Shown here: positions 49,732 to 60,109 of the stretch, piece after piece
How positions within the stretch are numbered: position 1 is the first letter of the stretch
Layout: the number at the start of each line of letters is the position of its first letter
Source of the DNA: Candidatus Bathyarchaeia archaeon
GTDB lineage: Archaea; Thermoproteota; Bathyarchaeia; Bathyarchaeales; Bathycorpusculaceae
Length of the DNA stretch: 64,000 bases
Direction: 5' to 3'
Assembly (NCBI GenBank): GCA_050010755.1
Contig: JBEKKK010000004.1
Coordinates: forward strand, 32,001 to 96,000
Made by a program: the position numbers and the translations under genes
The notes under the pieces: generated by a model
The model's input: the letters and a program-made list of their open reading frames with translations, nothing else
What the model was told of the DNA's origin: nothing
Databases searched by the model: none

Positions 49732-50937
49732 ATGAATTTGACCAGAGAAGAAGAAAAAATGCTCGGCGGCGAACTCGGGCGGGGTAATCAGGCAGCTATG
49801 GAACTGCTTGTGGCCATAGGAGACGCGTACGACGCTGAGAAAATGATTCCTGTCACCCGTGCGCATGCGGCTTCCAGCGGCCAGGAGGGAGACCTGTACT
49901 TCGTCGAACTGTTGGCAAATGGCGGTGCCAAATGTCGAGTTCCGACGAGCACTAATCCCGTATATGATATAGAATTTTTCCACAGACTGTTCGAAATTCC
50001 AAGCGACGAGGCGGAAGTCGCTCGCAGAGTCATGGAGGCCTACAAGAAAGTCGGCGCCATCCTGAGCTGGAGCTGCGTACCATACCTGACTGAGAACATT
50101 CCTCTATTCGGCGAAACTGTGGCATTCTCAGAATCGAGCGCAACGCCATACGTGAATTCTGTAATCGGCGCAAGAACAAATCGAGAGGCGGCTCAGAGCG
50201 CCCTTGCGGCTGGAGTCGTCGGCAAGACTCCCGAGTACGGGCTGCACTTGAAAGAAAATCGAAAAGGCACAGTGCTGATTGACGTTGAAGCAGCCTTGAG
50301 ATGCAGCTTTGACTACACCCTTTTGGGGCAGTTCGTAGGGGAGCAGATAGGTTTCGGAATTCCAGTCTTAACCGGCATTAGCAGGCGTCCGAGCACGGAA
50401 GAACTCATAAACTTCTGTGCAATGTCAAACACCTCTGGAGCGGTTTCCATGTTCTACATACCAGGGTTCACCGTTGAAGCCCAGACCGTCCAAGAGGCCT
50501 TCCAAGGCGACATCCCAGAGGACAGAATCACTGTGACCAAGGCAGAACTGAAGCGCACTTGGGAGAAGATGCAGACGACAACTGGGGCGATCGATTTTGT
50601 CATGCTCGGATGCCCCCACTATACTCTCAAACAGATGGCGGAAGCCGCAAAACTGTTGGATGGAAAGAAGATTCATCGCGGAGTCTCCTTCTGGATTTGC
50701 ACGTCATCTACCACCAAAGCTTTAGCCCAGAGAATTGGGTACGTGGACACGATAGAGAAGGCCGGCGGAAGGGTCGTGGTCGACACGTGCATTGATGAAC
50801 CGTGCTGGACGATTTATAGGGACAAGGTCGGCATGACCGATTCGCCAAAATGCGCCTATTACCGAAGGTTCAAAGACGTTGTGGTAGCTGGACTCGAAGA
50901 CTGCGTGGAAGCGGCAATCAAGGGGAAATACGAATGA
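49732..50937 (+). CDS. Aconitase X catalytic subunit (DUF521)
   Basis: L..EE..ML.GE.G, T.NP, SC.PY, ESSA..Y.NS..GARTNRE, GCPH, DTC. Confidence 0.88.
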   Translation: MNLTREEEKMLGGELGRGNQAAMELLVAIGDAYDAEKMIPVTRAHAASSGQEGDLYFVELLANGGAKCRVPTSTNPVYDIEFFHRLFEIPSDEAEVARRVMEAYKKVGAILSWSCVPYLTENIPLFGETVAFSESSATPYVNSVIGARTNREAAQSALAAGVVGKTPEYGLHLKENRKGTVLIDVEAALRCSFDYTLLGQFVGEQIGFGIPVLTGISRRPSTEELINFCAMSNTSGAVSMFYIPGFTVEAQTVQEAFQGDIPEDRITVTKAELKRTWEKMQTTTGAIDFVMLGCPHYTLKQMAEAAKLLDGKKIHRGVSFWICTSSTTKALAQRIGYVDTIEKAGGRVVVDTCIDEPCWTIYRDKVGMTDSPKCAYYRRFKDVVVAGLEDCVEAAIKGKYE

Positions 50938-51356
50938 AAGCTAGAGAAACTAGACTGAAATGTCACAGGATTGTTGGAGGCTGCGGGGAAGGCGAAGCCC
51001 TTGTCTCCCACGAGCCAATCTGCTTCTACCTGACAGACCCGAGAACGGGCATAGTTCGTGAGAAAACTCATGAGCTTTCGGGAAAGAACCTGTCAAACAA
51101 GGTGCTCGTGTTCCCGTCTGGAAAAGCCAGCTCGGTAGTGCAGATAGATGGCCTCTTCAAGCTGAAGTCACACAACCTGGCCCCCAAAGCGATGATAGTT
51201 AAAGACATCGAAACCGTGCTCATAGTCAGCGCAGTGTTGGCAAAGGTTCCTCTGGTGGACAGACTTGAGAAAGACCCGTTTGATGCAATTCACACGGGCG
51301 ACACCGTAACCGTGGACGCAGACAAGGGAATGGTCACGGTGAGAAAGAACTCCTGA
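50934..51356 (+). CDS. Aconitase X swivel subunit (DUF126)
   Basis: EGEALVS..PI, DP.TG...E..H.L.G, KVLVFPSGKASS; ATGA-coupled. Confidence 0.88.
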   Translation: MKARETRLKCHRIVGGCGEGEALVSHEPICFYLTDPRTGIVREKTHELSGKNLSNKVLVFPSGKASSVVQIDGLFKLKSHNLAPKAMIVKDIETVLIVSAVLAKVPLVDRLEKDPFDAIHTGDTVTVDADKGMVTVRKNS

Positions 51357-51367
51357 ATCATGCCACT

Positions 51368-52531
51368 TCACTCTTTGCGGTTGAGACACGTTCTGATACG
51401 TTTCATTCCTTCCCGAATCTGTTCATAGGAGATGGAGTAGGATAATCGCAGATGTCCTTCGCCACTTGTTCCGAAACCAGATCCGGGCACGGTTACCACT
51501 CCAGCCTCTTTCAGCAGGCGCAAGGCAAGGGCCTCGTCCGATTTTTCGATGGCTGAAAAGTCTGGAAAAACGTAGAACGCTCCGTTTGGCACGGTGTAGG
51601 CTAAGGACTGAATGTGACTTAGCTCGTCTATCACCAGGCTTCTTCTTCTGCCATACTCTCTGAGCATTTCTTGAACGCAGTCTTGCGGTCCGGTCAGTGC
51701 AGCAGTTGCAGCTTTCTGGGATATTGAGTTTGGGCACAAGGTTGCGTAATAATGCAGTTTGCGCAGGGTTGCTGAGAGCTTCTTTTTTGCGACTATGTAT
51801 CCGATTCTCCAGCCGGTCATTGCGTAGGCTTTTGAGAAGCCGTTCACCGTGATGGTTCTTTCTTCCATGCCTGGCAGTGAGGCGATGCTGATGTTTTTGG
51901 ACCTGTCGTAAGTGAGTTTTTCGTATATTTCGTCTGCAAAAACCAATAGGTCGTGTTCCTGTGCCACTTCCGAGATATGTTCGAGGTCTCGTTTTGAGAA
52001 TACATGACCCGTCGGATTACAAGGGTTAGACAGCCAAATCATCTTCGTTTTTTCCGTTATTTTCTTTTCTAAAACGTCGACGTCTAAGCCGAAGTTCTGG
52101 CTTTCGTCGAGCGGCACCGTTACCGGCGTCGCTTCCGCCACTAGCGTGTCCTCAAAATATGCAGGGTAATACGGGTCGAGAATGAGGGCTTCGTCTCCCC
52201 GATCCAAAAATCCCAAAGCGGTTATAAGCATGGCTTCCTGAGAACCAGAGGTGACCGTCACTTCTGTTTTGGCATCAGCGTCAATGGAATTGTCGCTCTG
52301 GAGTTTCTCTGCAATCGCTTGGCGCAGCTCCATGGTTCCGTCAACTTCTGTGTAATGAGTGAAACCACTTCTAGCAGCCTTGACAGCAGCTTCAACGATG
52401 TGATCTGGTGTTTTAAAGTCAGGTTCTCCCTGCTCGAAGTGCACCAGATTTTCCATGCCTGAAGAATAGTCAAGCATTCTCCTAATCGCTGATGGTTTCA
52501 GCCAGCTAACCCTGTTGGAAGATTGTGACAA
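51368..52531 (-). CDS. Class I/II PLP aminotransferase (aspartate aminotransferase-like)
   Basis: GEPDF, NP.NPTG, DEIY, FSKAYAMTGWRIG, PG.GFG, LRLS. Confidence 0.93.
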   Translation of the reverse strand: MSQSSNRVSWLKPSAIRRMLDYSSGMENLVHFEQGEPDFKTPDHIVEAAVKAARSGFTHYTEVDGTMELRQAIAEKLQSDNSIDADAKTEVTVTSGSQEAMLITALGFLDRGDEALILDPYYPAYFEDTLVAEATPVTVPLDESQNFGLDVDVLEKKITEKTKMIWLSNPCNPTGHVFSKRDLEHISEVAQEHDLLVFADEIYEKLTYDRSKNISIASLPGMEERTITVNGFSKAYAMTGWRIGYIVAKKKLSATLRKLHYYATLCPNSISQKAATAALTGPQDCVQEMLREYGRRRSLVIDELSHIQSLAYTVPNGAFYVFPDFSAIEKSDEALALRLLKEAGVVTVPGSGFGTSGEGHLRLSYSISYEQIREGMKRIRTCLNRKE

Positions 52532-52727
52532 TATTCTTCACCAAAGCTCTGTAAATCGCTCGCTTGAGGGGCACTTGTATGCGCAATATAATATAAGACT
52601 TGACAAGTGCAAATGAAAAGAGAGTTGTCGAAAGTAAGGATTGATCTTTCAGACCCTTTTGTCATATCTTGAATTGGTCGGGCGGGCCAGCTTTACAACT
52701 GCGTTTAAATTCTTCGCATAGTCCGCG

Positions 52728-55472
52728 CTATGGATAGTGTTGCCTGAAGTTCCTGGCTACCAATACGATGTCTTTCATATTGACCGCGCCGTCACCGTTG
52801 AGGTCTGCGGCTGGGTTCCAGTCTGGACTAGTGGGCGTGGAGCCAAAGGCGCGAGCTACTGAAGCGATGTCTTTCATGTCGACTCTTCCGTCGCCGTTTA
52901 CATCACCCATAAGTCTGACCGTTACGGTCGCGTTTGATTCCCCGTTAATGCCTGTGGTTGACGTTATGACTGCAGTGAGCGTGTAGTTCAGACACGGCAC
53001 ATTCTCTGTGTTCCACGTGAACGGAAGAACACAAGATTGTCCCACATCTAGGTAAACGGGGTAGGCGTCTGCGCTCTTGCTTGCGGATATGTTGTAGTAA
53101 AGAGTGACCCAGATGTTTTCAGGAAAATCCCCGAGATTGGTAACGGTGACGTTGACATTGGCTGTTAGTCCCTCGTATATCCATTTACTTCCTGTTATCT
53201 GTGTGATTTTCACTTGGTGGACATCGGTCACGTAGCTGCCCGTTACGGTTCCTGGGCCAGTTACGTTCATTGAGCCCGACTGCAGCGTTAACAAGCCCGT
53301 TGTCGAATTCCAGAAGTAAGGTTTCACTCCAGAGCCGTCTCCGAGGGGAGACTGGTAAGCAAAGGTGTGGATTGAGCCGCTGTCCCACCAAAAGGACGCC
53401 GGGAGTTCGCTGCCGGTGTAGGGAATTTCTCCGTCAACCCACAAGCAGATTGCCGGACAGTCTGAGCCGATACCGGTTTGACAGAAAGTTACATTGTATT
53501 GAGCGAGATAGTTTGCCGTCACAGTTTTGGGAGCATCCATCAGAACAGTTGTGGAAGGAGAGTCGGGATTTCTTATGTCAGTGACGTTGCCTCCGCTCCA
53601 GTCGCTGAAGCGATAGCGTAAGGCATCTGACTCCAAGTCAAGTCCTTGCTGAGTCGAAATCGTCGCATACGTGTTCGCGTCATACCAGCCCTGACCAGTC
53701 GCATTCACAAGGCTTGGAAGATTCGTTTGAACAGTCAAGAAGTATCTGGCTCCATAGTTCCCAGTTATGATGTGCGGACCATTGACGTCTACGATGACAG
53801 AGCCAGTCTGTTCAGTTCCAGTCCCTATGGTGGTGGATCCTGAGCTGAAGTACTCCCAGGTTGTTGTCTGATAATAATATTGTTCGGTGCCTTCAACGTA
53901 GAACGGGGAGAAGTAAGAGTACGTGTGCACAGAAGCCGGCTCCCACCAGAACGAAACAGGAAGGCTGCTTGCCGTGTAATTTGTCCCATCAATACTGACA
54001 ACCGTGCCATTAAAGTCGTTTCCGATGCCCGTTTGACCAAAGGTGATTTGGATGTCGGTAGCAGGCCACGTAGTGAAAACAGCTTCTAGCGACTGTTCGT
54101 CGTCCATAGTCACGGTTATCGGGTTCGAATATCCAACGTTTACCCCGTAAAGCTGCCAATGGTTGAGGTAGTAGCCACTGTACGGCAACGCAGTGACGTT
54201 TACAATCGTTCCGAAGGAGTAGGTGTAAATTCCAAGAGTTGGATCTGTCGTTCCACCCGTAGCGGCTGTGATGGTTAGGTCGAAGGTCGCTGAAATAGGG
54301 GGTGGGGTCCAAGGCTGCATGAGCGGGTAGTGGTCTGTGTTGTTACTGTCGACAACGTAAGGGGTATCGCCTATCCCATCGCTTCCCGTGACATTCTGGT
54401 ACGGCCCGCTGTAAGAATCTGTCCCGTTGTAGTCGCTCCAGTAGTTGCCGCCAGAAAGATAACCATTATCCCATGAATTGGAATTAGGACCGGACGATGC
54501 TGCTTGCTGTGAATTGTTCACGAAATTGTTGTGGTAAATGGCGTTGTTTGAAGAGGAACTACCTATTAGAGAAGTATATAGCCAGATTCCGCCGCCATTT
54601 CCTGACACGTTGTTGCAACGTACGATGTTGTTGCAAGAAGCGCTGAGCGAGATGCCGCTTCCCGTGTTACTGGATACGTTGTTCTCTGACACTGTGTTAC
54701 CATAGGAAGCGTCTAGGTAAATACCCTCGGAGTTTTCAGTCACCTTGTTTCCTGACGTTAGAGTGTTCGAGCAGCCAACCAGACGGATTCCCCATCCACC
54801 ATTTTCACTCACGTCGTTGTCTGAAACGACGTTACTTTCTGAAGAGAAACCGACGCATATCCCCATACCGTTTTGAGAGGCGTTGTTGTTCGAGACCGTG
54901 ACGAGAGAAGAGTCAAAGGCGACAGCAATGCCATAACCCCCGTTTCCGCAAGCCACGTTGTCCAGAACTTCATCGTTAGAGGAAGAGTTGACCCAGATTC
55001 CAATAACGTTTCCGAGAGCATTGTTGTTTGAAACCGTGTTGTAAAGGGAATAATCGAGTAAAATTCCGACGGAATCGGCTGTCACATTATTGTCCGTCAC
55101 GGTGTTGTTGGATGAGGAGTTTAGGTGAATGCCGTTTTGGAAGCCGTTGACGGTCACGTTTTCGATTGTGACGTTGCTTACAGATTCAAGGTCCACTCCG
55201 TTGCCAACAGCAGATCCTTGGACCGTGTAACCTCCGCCGCAAAACGTGATGTTGTTTCTTTCTATGACGATAAATGTATCCGCAACGTTGCCTGTTAAAC
55301 TGTAATTGACGTTGTCTAGAGTTGCGATAGGAGCCGAAGATGGAGAAACGCTCCCGTCAGCGTTGATGTAAACTGTTTCCCCCTGCGCAGAGACGAGACC
55401 GATGTTAAACGCCAAGGTGAACGTGCCCATCAAAATGAGCATGAAGAACAACGCAGAAACCGTCCTTCTCAC
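52728..55472 (-). CDS. Secreted NosD/right-handed beta-helix protein with CARDB-like domain and C-terminal dockerin
   Basis: Signal peptide, GI.L..S.NN.V..N repeats, GNYWSDY...DGIGDTPY...D.YPLM, GDVNGDG.VD..D dockerin. Confidence 0.88.
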   Translation of the reverse strand: MRRTVSALFFMLILMGTFTLAFNIGLVSAQGETVYINADGSVSPSSAPIATLDNVNYSLTGNVADTFIVIERNNITFCGGGYTVQGSAVGNGVDLESVSNVTIENVTVNGFQNGIHLNSSSNNTVTDNNVTADSVGILLDYSLYNTVSNNNALGNVIGIWVNSSSNDEVLDNVACGNGGYGIAVAFDSSLVTVSNNNASQNGMGICVGFSSESNVVSDNDVSENGGWGIRLVGCSNTLTSGNKVTENSEGIYLDASYGNTVSENNVSSNTGSGISLSASCNNIVRCNNVSGNGGGIWLYTSLIGSSSSNNAIYHNNFVNNSQQAASSGPNSNSWDNGYLSGGNYWSDYNGTDSYSGPYQNVTGSDGIGDTPYVVDSNNTDHYPLMQPWTPPPISATFDLTITAATGGTTDPTLGIYTYSFGTIVNVTALPYSGYYLNHWQLYGVNVGYSNPITVTMDDEQSLEAVFTTWPATDIQITFGQTGIGNDFNGTVVSIDGTNYTASSLPVSFWWEPASVHTYSYFSPFYVEGTEQYYYQTTTWEYFSSGSTTIGTGTEQTGSVIVDVNGPHIITGNYGARYFLTVQTNLPSLVNATGQGWYDANTYATISTQQGLDLESDALRYRFSDWSGGNVTDIRNPDSPSTTVLMDAPKTVTANYLAQYNVTFCQTGIGSDCPAICLWVDGEIPYTGSELPASFWWDSGSIHTFAYQSPLGDGSGVKPYFWNSTTGLLTLQSGSMNVTGPGTVTGSYVTDVHQVKITQITGSKWIYEGLTANVNVTVTNLGDFPENIWVTLYYNISASKSADAYPVYLDVGQSCVLPFTWNTENVPCLNYTLTAVITSTTGINGESNATVTVRLMGDVNGDGRVDMKDIASVARAFGSTPTSPDWNPAADLNGDGAVNMKDIVLVARNFRQHYP

Positions 55473-56080
55473 ACGCCTCTCCCTCGCATGATAACTATAG
55501 ATACTAAGCGCTAGAATGGTATATGTTTTTGGGAAAACAAAGTTCTTCGAAGCACTTGTTTTGCCAAATCCACGCAGGCCAGGAGATGGGCAATGTCCAA
55601 ATCTCCCTTCGCGCGCGTTAGTTACTGGGTAAATGTAGTTAGAGCGCTAATGCCCAATGGGTTTAGCTGGGTACTGTTTTCCGGCGCACGGTGTCATTGC
55701 TTTTGTTGCAGCTTGGCCTTGGGGGCGACGTTATATCAGTTCAGGAAAGTGGTGAGGTAGTCAACTGCAAAATCGAGAAAAACAGTTACATTAATGGCGC
55801 GGTCCGGCAAAATGCTTGATTGGTGCTTCATTTAAGAGAAAACTGTCCACTAAAAAACCATTCGACTATTCGGAAACGCTCAACAGACTACCAGTCACGT
55901 TTGCTGTAAGCAGAATCGTCAGCGCACGCGAGTTGAGATTCTGGAGGGTTATAAGAGTTTTAAACCTTAAAGTGAAGCCCAACCTTCATAACGAAATCTT
56001 GGAAAGAGAAAAAGGGAAATATAGAGTTTTTGGCTCTAAATAGGCTCAAATCTAACTTATTTCGGCGAAAGGAGCTTTAG

Positions 56081-56241
56081 TCGGGCGGGCAGGATTTGAA
56101 CCTGCGACAATCCGGTTTCTGCGTGTAAGCCTGGTAGGCTGGGTGACGCCCACCTTTGGCAGACGTCTACAGCGTCTCCGCCAGCTAAAATCCTTTGACC
56201 TACGCTGGCTCGGAAGCTCTGCCAGGCTGAGCTACCGCCCG
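56081..56241 (-). tRNA. tRNA-Tyr(GTA) with two introns: 37 nt at 30/31 (56174-56210) and 50 nt at 37/38 (56117-56166)
   Basis: C1-G72 and A73; removing both BHB-bounded introns gives a 74-nt tRNA with TCCGG-CTGTAGA-CCGGA. Confidence 0.9.
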
Positions 56242-56594
56242 TTGCCCGACCGACAATAACAAAAACCGAAATAGTATATTAACCTTAATCTGCAGCGATT
56301 CTCTGCGCACGTGTGGTTCGAAACAGTACCATAGTGCACATGGGACCGACAGTTATGAAAGAACTTCTTTGGTTGGGTTTGTGATCCCAAAGATTCTTGG
56401 TATAATTGCCGTTTCAAGCGTCCTCGGTTCCATTGTGGTATACCCTGCACGCATTGCTATATTTGTGTAAACTCAAGATTGGAATGAATGGTTCGACACG
56501 AATTCAGTTGACATTTTTTGTCAAATTCAAGATCCAAAGGCCCGAACCGAGTCATTATTTTGGCAGAGTAGAGTTTTTAGGGTAAAACGAGATA

Positions 56595-57038
56595 TTGTTC
56601 TCTAGAGGTGACCGGAGGAATATGGCGAAAGATGTCCGGATCATGACTCCTTTTGATACAAGCAAGATTTCTGTAAGCCAGAATCCTAGATTTCCTGAAG
56701 CATACATCGTTGATCTTCCGTTGGATTCCGTTCCTGACCGAGAATGGCGAGAAGCGTTTGATTTGAAATGGAAGTCAAGCAGAGACCTGTGGGACAGGAA
56801 GCTTCTGCTGATCCAAGATAAGGTTAGGCTCATCACCACCGCAGACGAATTCATGGAAAAACTCGACTGGGTTGAAAGGACGATACGCGATACCAATATT
56901 GCCATCAAGGATCAGTACCGTATCATCGATAAAGAAAAAGAAATGATTCAAGAAGCAACGACAAAACAGGTATTGCAGACGGATATGCACGGCTCTGAAG
57001 CTATTCTAGACACGTTGAGAAAACGATTCAGCATGTAG
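56595..57038 (+). CDS. Hypothetical protein
   Basis: 147-aa ORF with GGAGG RBS before MAKD; PDREW...F..KW. Confidence 0.65.
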   Translation: MFSRGDRRNMAKDVRIMTPFDTSKISVSQNPRFPEAYIVDLPLDSVPDREWREAFDLKWKSSRDLWDRKLLLIQDKVRLITTADEFMEKLDWVERTIRDTNIAIKDQYRIIDKEKEMIQEATTKQVLQTDMHGSEAILDTLRKRFSM

Positions 57039-57756
57039 TGAATTGCAAAGCCAGAGGGTTCTAATCGTACTTTTTAACACCTATCATTTTTCTGTAACAT
57101 CTAAGGTCTGAGACCACAGTCTTTAGAAAGCTCAAATCCATCCTTTTGGTTTCAAGCAGTAAGAGTTGGTCACTGAATTTCTTCGTTGAAATCGTGTCAT
57201 CGCTCGTCATCATTATCACCCTCGGTCTGCTGAAAACGACTTACAAGTTCAGCTGCACTACTTATTTAGCTTATGAATTCAAAATCAACGTTCTCACATG
57301 AAGATCCCCTATTGCAAATAACCAGCGACGAGGCCTAGCGAAGTCAAAATGGTGACTGTGTTGAGCTCCAACCCGGATCGGGAACATTGGCTTAGGTTGC
57401 AGTGCAAGCTGCCTAACCATTGGCTCCAGAAATAGAAATATACGATGAAAAGCGATATATGCCAAACGGGGCACAACATTTTATTAAGTTTCTGCATATC
57501 TTCGTACCTGTGTGGCGTGAGAAAAGGAGAAGGCTTCTCACCATTACAAAATTCTTGATTGACCGCGTTTTTTCAATTTCTTGTTCCGATTCTGGTTTCT
57601 TGCTCACAGGTGATTTGGCTCGCAAATGTGAAATTAAGATCAAGAAGACCATAATAGGTGGATAGCACTATGATTAGAATGCTACGTAAGCGATCTTAAG
57701 TGTTCGGATGAGAAACCTCTAGCCAAACGTACATTTTTGATAAATATATGATTCTT

Positions 57757-57999
57757 TTATCGGACCAGCTTTATTCTTGCCAAAAACTTCTTGGACTCTT
57801 TAGTTGTCTTCTGAGGTGGATGGACTTCGTAGACTTCAAGAATTGCTGCGCAATGTTTGCACTGGAAGTATGTTTTGTCGCGTTTTGCAATGAGCCAGAA
57901 GCCCTGCGTCGAACTGCAATGTGGGCAGTTCTTTAGCGTTTTTCGAAAATTCTCGATTTCTTCTAGGCCCAACTGCACTCCCAATACTTGTAACTTCAT
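57757..57999 (-). CDS. Small zinc-ribbon protein
   Basis: CPHC...CKHC. Confidence 0.65.
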   Translation of the reverse strand: MKLQVLGVQLGLEEIENFRKTLKNCPHCSSTQGFWLIAKRDKTYFQCKHCAAILEVYEVHPPQKTTKESKKFLARIKLVR

Positions 58000-58354
58000 T
58001 GTTTCATTTATGTGTTATGAAGCAGTCTTCAGTTAAAGAATGCCGGAGCTATTTCCCTCTTACAATCATCATCGTTATAACACGAATTATCGCGGTCGGC
58101 CGAAGCTTCGTAGAACAAAGCCTATGGAACAAAGCATACTAACATTAGCCTGAAGAGCATATTCCAGTCCAAACCAAAGGATCTGAAAACCATCTTATCG
58201 AACCTGACCCCTCGACGAAAAGTATTGATCCATGAAACGCTAGAAGGATCATGGACGCCGAGGGCTTGAGCGTCTTGCTCAGGGGGGCAACTGCTTTCTT
58301 CTCAACCCTGAAACGTGTTTTCTTTTGGTGGGTGTCGACCGTTGCTTCCTGCTG

Positions 58355-58654
58355 CTACTCGTTTTCGGATTTGCCTGCTATTCCCCATAAGGCAAGTAGC
58401 AGATAGATTGGAAGAGTGATGACCAGGAATACTGCAAAGAATACTGCAATCAGTAGCCACCAGGGTGCGGAGGATAAGCTTGTGCCCGAGGATGGAAGGC
58501 CCATTGCGAGTACAACGATAAGTGACAGGACAATAGCAATGAAAGTCCAAACGAGGGCAATCACCTGCTTCGCGTTTATCGTAATTTCCACTATCTTCAC
58601 CTCCTCCACGTCTAAATTTCGGTCCTCGTATCTCCTTCTGACAGTTCCTATCAA
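58355..58654 (-). CDS. Small 2-TM hypothetical protein
   Basis: Two hydrophobic helices; start likely downstream of GGAGGAGG. Confidence 0.55.
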   Translation of the reverse strand: MIGTVRRRYEDRNLDVEEVKIVEITINAKQVIALVWTFIAIVLSLIVVLAMGLPSSGTSLSSAPWWLLIAVFFAVFLVITLPIYLLLALWGIAGKSENE

Positions 58655-59057
58655 TTCCTCACTAAATAAATGCTTATGGAACTAACTTCTATGTCTCCAA
58701 CGTCGTCCCTAAGGTTGCATGGTTGAAATGTTCCATATTCCACAGAAAAGACGCATGATGCATCGCGACCATTGAATTCTTATGGAACCAACGAGACCAA
58801 ATCTTGACAGGAGCGCACTATAGAACCAACGGCGAGTGGCCCAAAAGGACGATTCTAGATGATCCAGCAAAGGCACGTACGCCTCAAAAATCCGCGTTGA
58901 AATGTTCGTGTGCTGTTAATCAAATCCCAATGCGTTCCTAGTTCGAGCATGTTATCTGGTTTTTTTGGGCATGTTTTGCACGCGCGCGTCGAAGATGACA
59001 AGCCATTGCAAGATTTAGCGTAAGTGTTTTAGAGCAGGACACTCGCATTCGATATTT

Positions 59058-59780
59058 ATGAAGAAACAGATGCTTTACCGGGAACTTGCGAAATATTACG
59101 ATTTGATATACTCGACTAAAGATTACAGAAAAGAGGCTGCTCGAATCAAGGCGATGGTCTCGAAGTACAAGAAATCGGATGGAAAAAACCTTCTTGACGT
59201 TGCCTGTGGGACAGGGCATCATCTGGAGTACTTGAAGGACGAGTTTTCTTGTATGGGCGTTGACATAAGCGACCAGATGCTGGAAATTGCAAGGAAGAAT
59301 GTTGAGGGAGTTGTTTTCGAACGAGCAGACATGACAGAATTGAATCTCAGCAAGAGTTTTGATGTGATTACTTGTCTGTTCAGTTCCATCGGTTACGTGA
59401 AAACCTACACCAAACTGAGAAAAACCATTCAGAGTTTCTTCAAACATCTGAAAACAGGAGGTGTCGTGTTGATTGAACCATGGTTCACGAAATCAACCGC
59501 GATAGCAGGCGCACCGAGCATGAACACGTATGACGGAACGGATGTCAAGGTGGCGCGACTTAGCGTTACTGAAATCAGAGGCAACTTTTCAGTTCACGGC
59601 ATGAACTACTTAGTTGCTGAGAGGGATAAGAACGTCAAACACTTTGTCGACAGACATGAACTGGGACTCTTCGAGACTGACAAAACTCTGACGATCATGA
59701 AGAAAGTGGGCTTTCAAGCAAAATTCCTGAAAAAAGGTCTGAAGCAAAATAAGGGATTACTTGTCGGAGTAAAACCATAG
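59058..59780 (+). CDS. Class I SAM-dependent methyltransferase
   Basis: LLDVACGTG, GVDIS..ML, ADM, FD.ITCLFSSIGY, GG...IEPW. Confidence 0.92.
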   Translation: MKKQMLYRELAKYYDLIYSTKDYRKEAARIKAMVSKYKKSDGKNLLDVACGTGHHLEYLKDEFSCMGVDISDQMLEIARKNVEGVVFERADMTELNLSKSFDVITCLFSSIGYVKTYTKLRKTIQSFFKHLKTGGVVLIEPWFTKSTAIAGAPSMNTYDGTDVKVARLSVTEIRGNFSVHGMNYLVAERDKNVKHFVDRHELGLFETDKTLTIMKKVGFQAKFLKKGLKQNKGLLVGVKP

Positions 59781-60109
59781 ACAACCTCAGTTTCAAGCGA
59801 GTCTTTTCCATTCTGAACTTTCGACTGATATCAGTGTCAGGAACTCTTTGTAATAACACTTTCGCCAAAATATCATGTTTCCTTGCGATACATCCATGGC
59901 GGCACGTGCTTCGGTTTTGCGCTTCTATCAGTGACAAAGATTATTCTCGTCTTTTCATAGTTGATCATCCAAGCCCTTCGACGCCATTTCTTCTCAGCCT
60001 TTTCCTTCCTGTGAGACAGCTTCATGGTTGTTTGACCGTCTACAGGGTAGAAAAGGCATATTCCTACAGGGCAATATGCTAAAGACGGGTGTTCGGAGTT
60101 TGCGTAGAA

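Noticed and set aside
55816-56043. Integrase remnant next to tRNA-Tyr
   Set aside because: No tyrosine-recombinase catalytic motifs were recognisable in the frames examined
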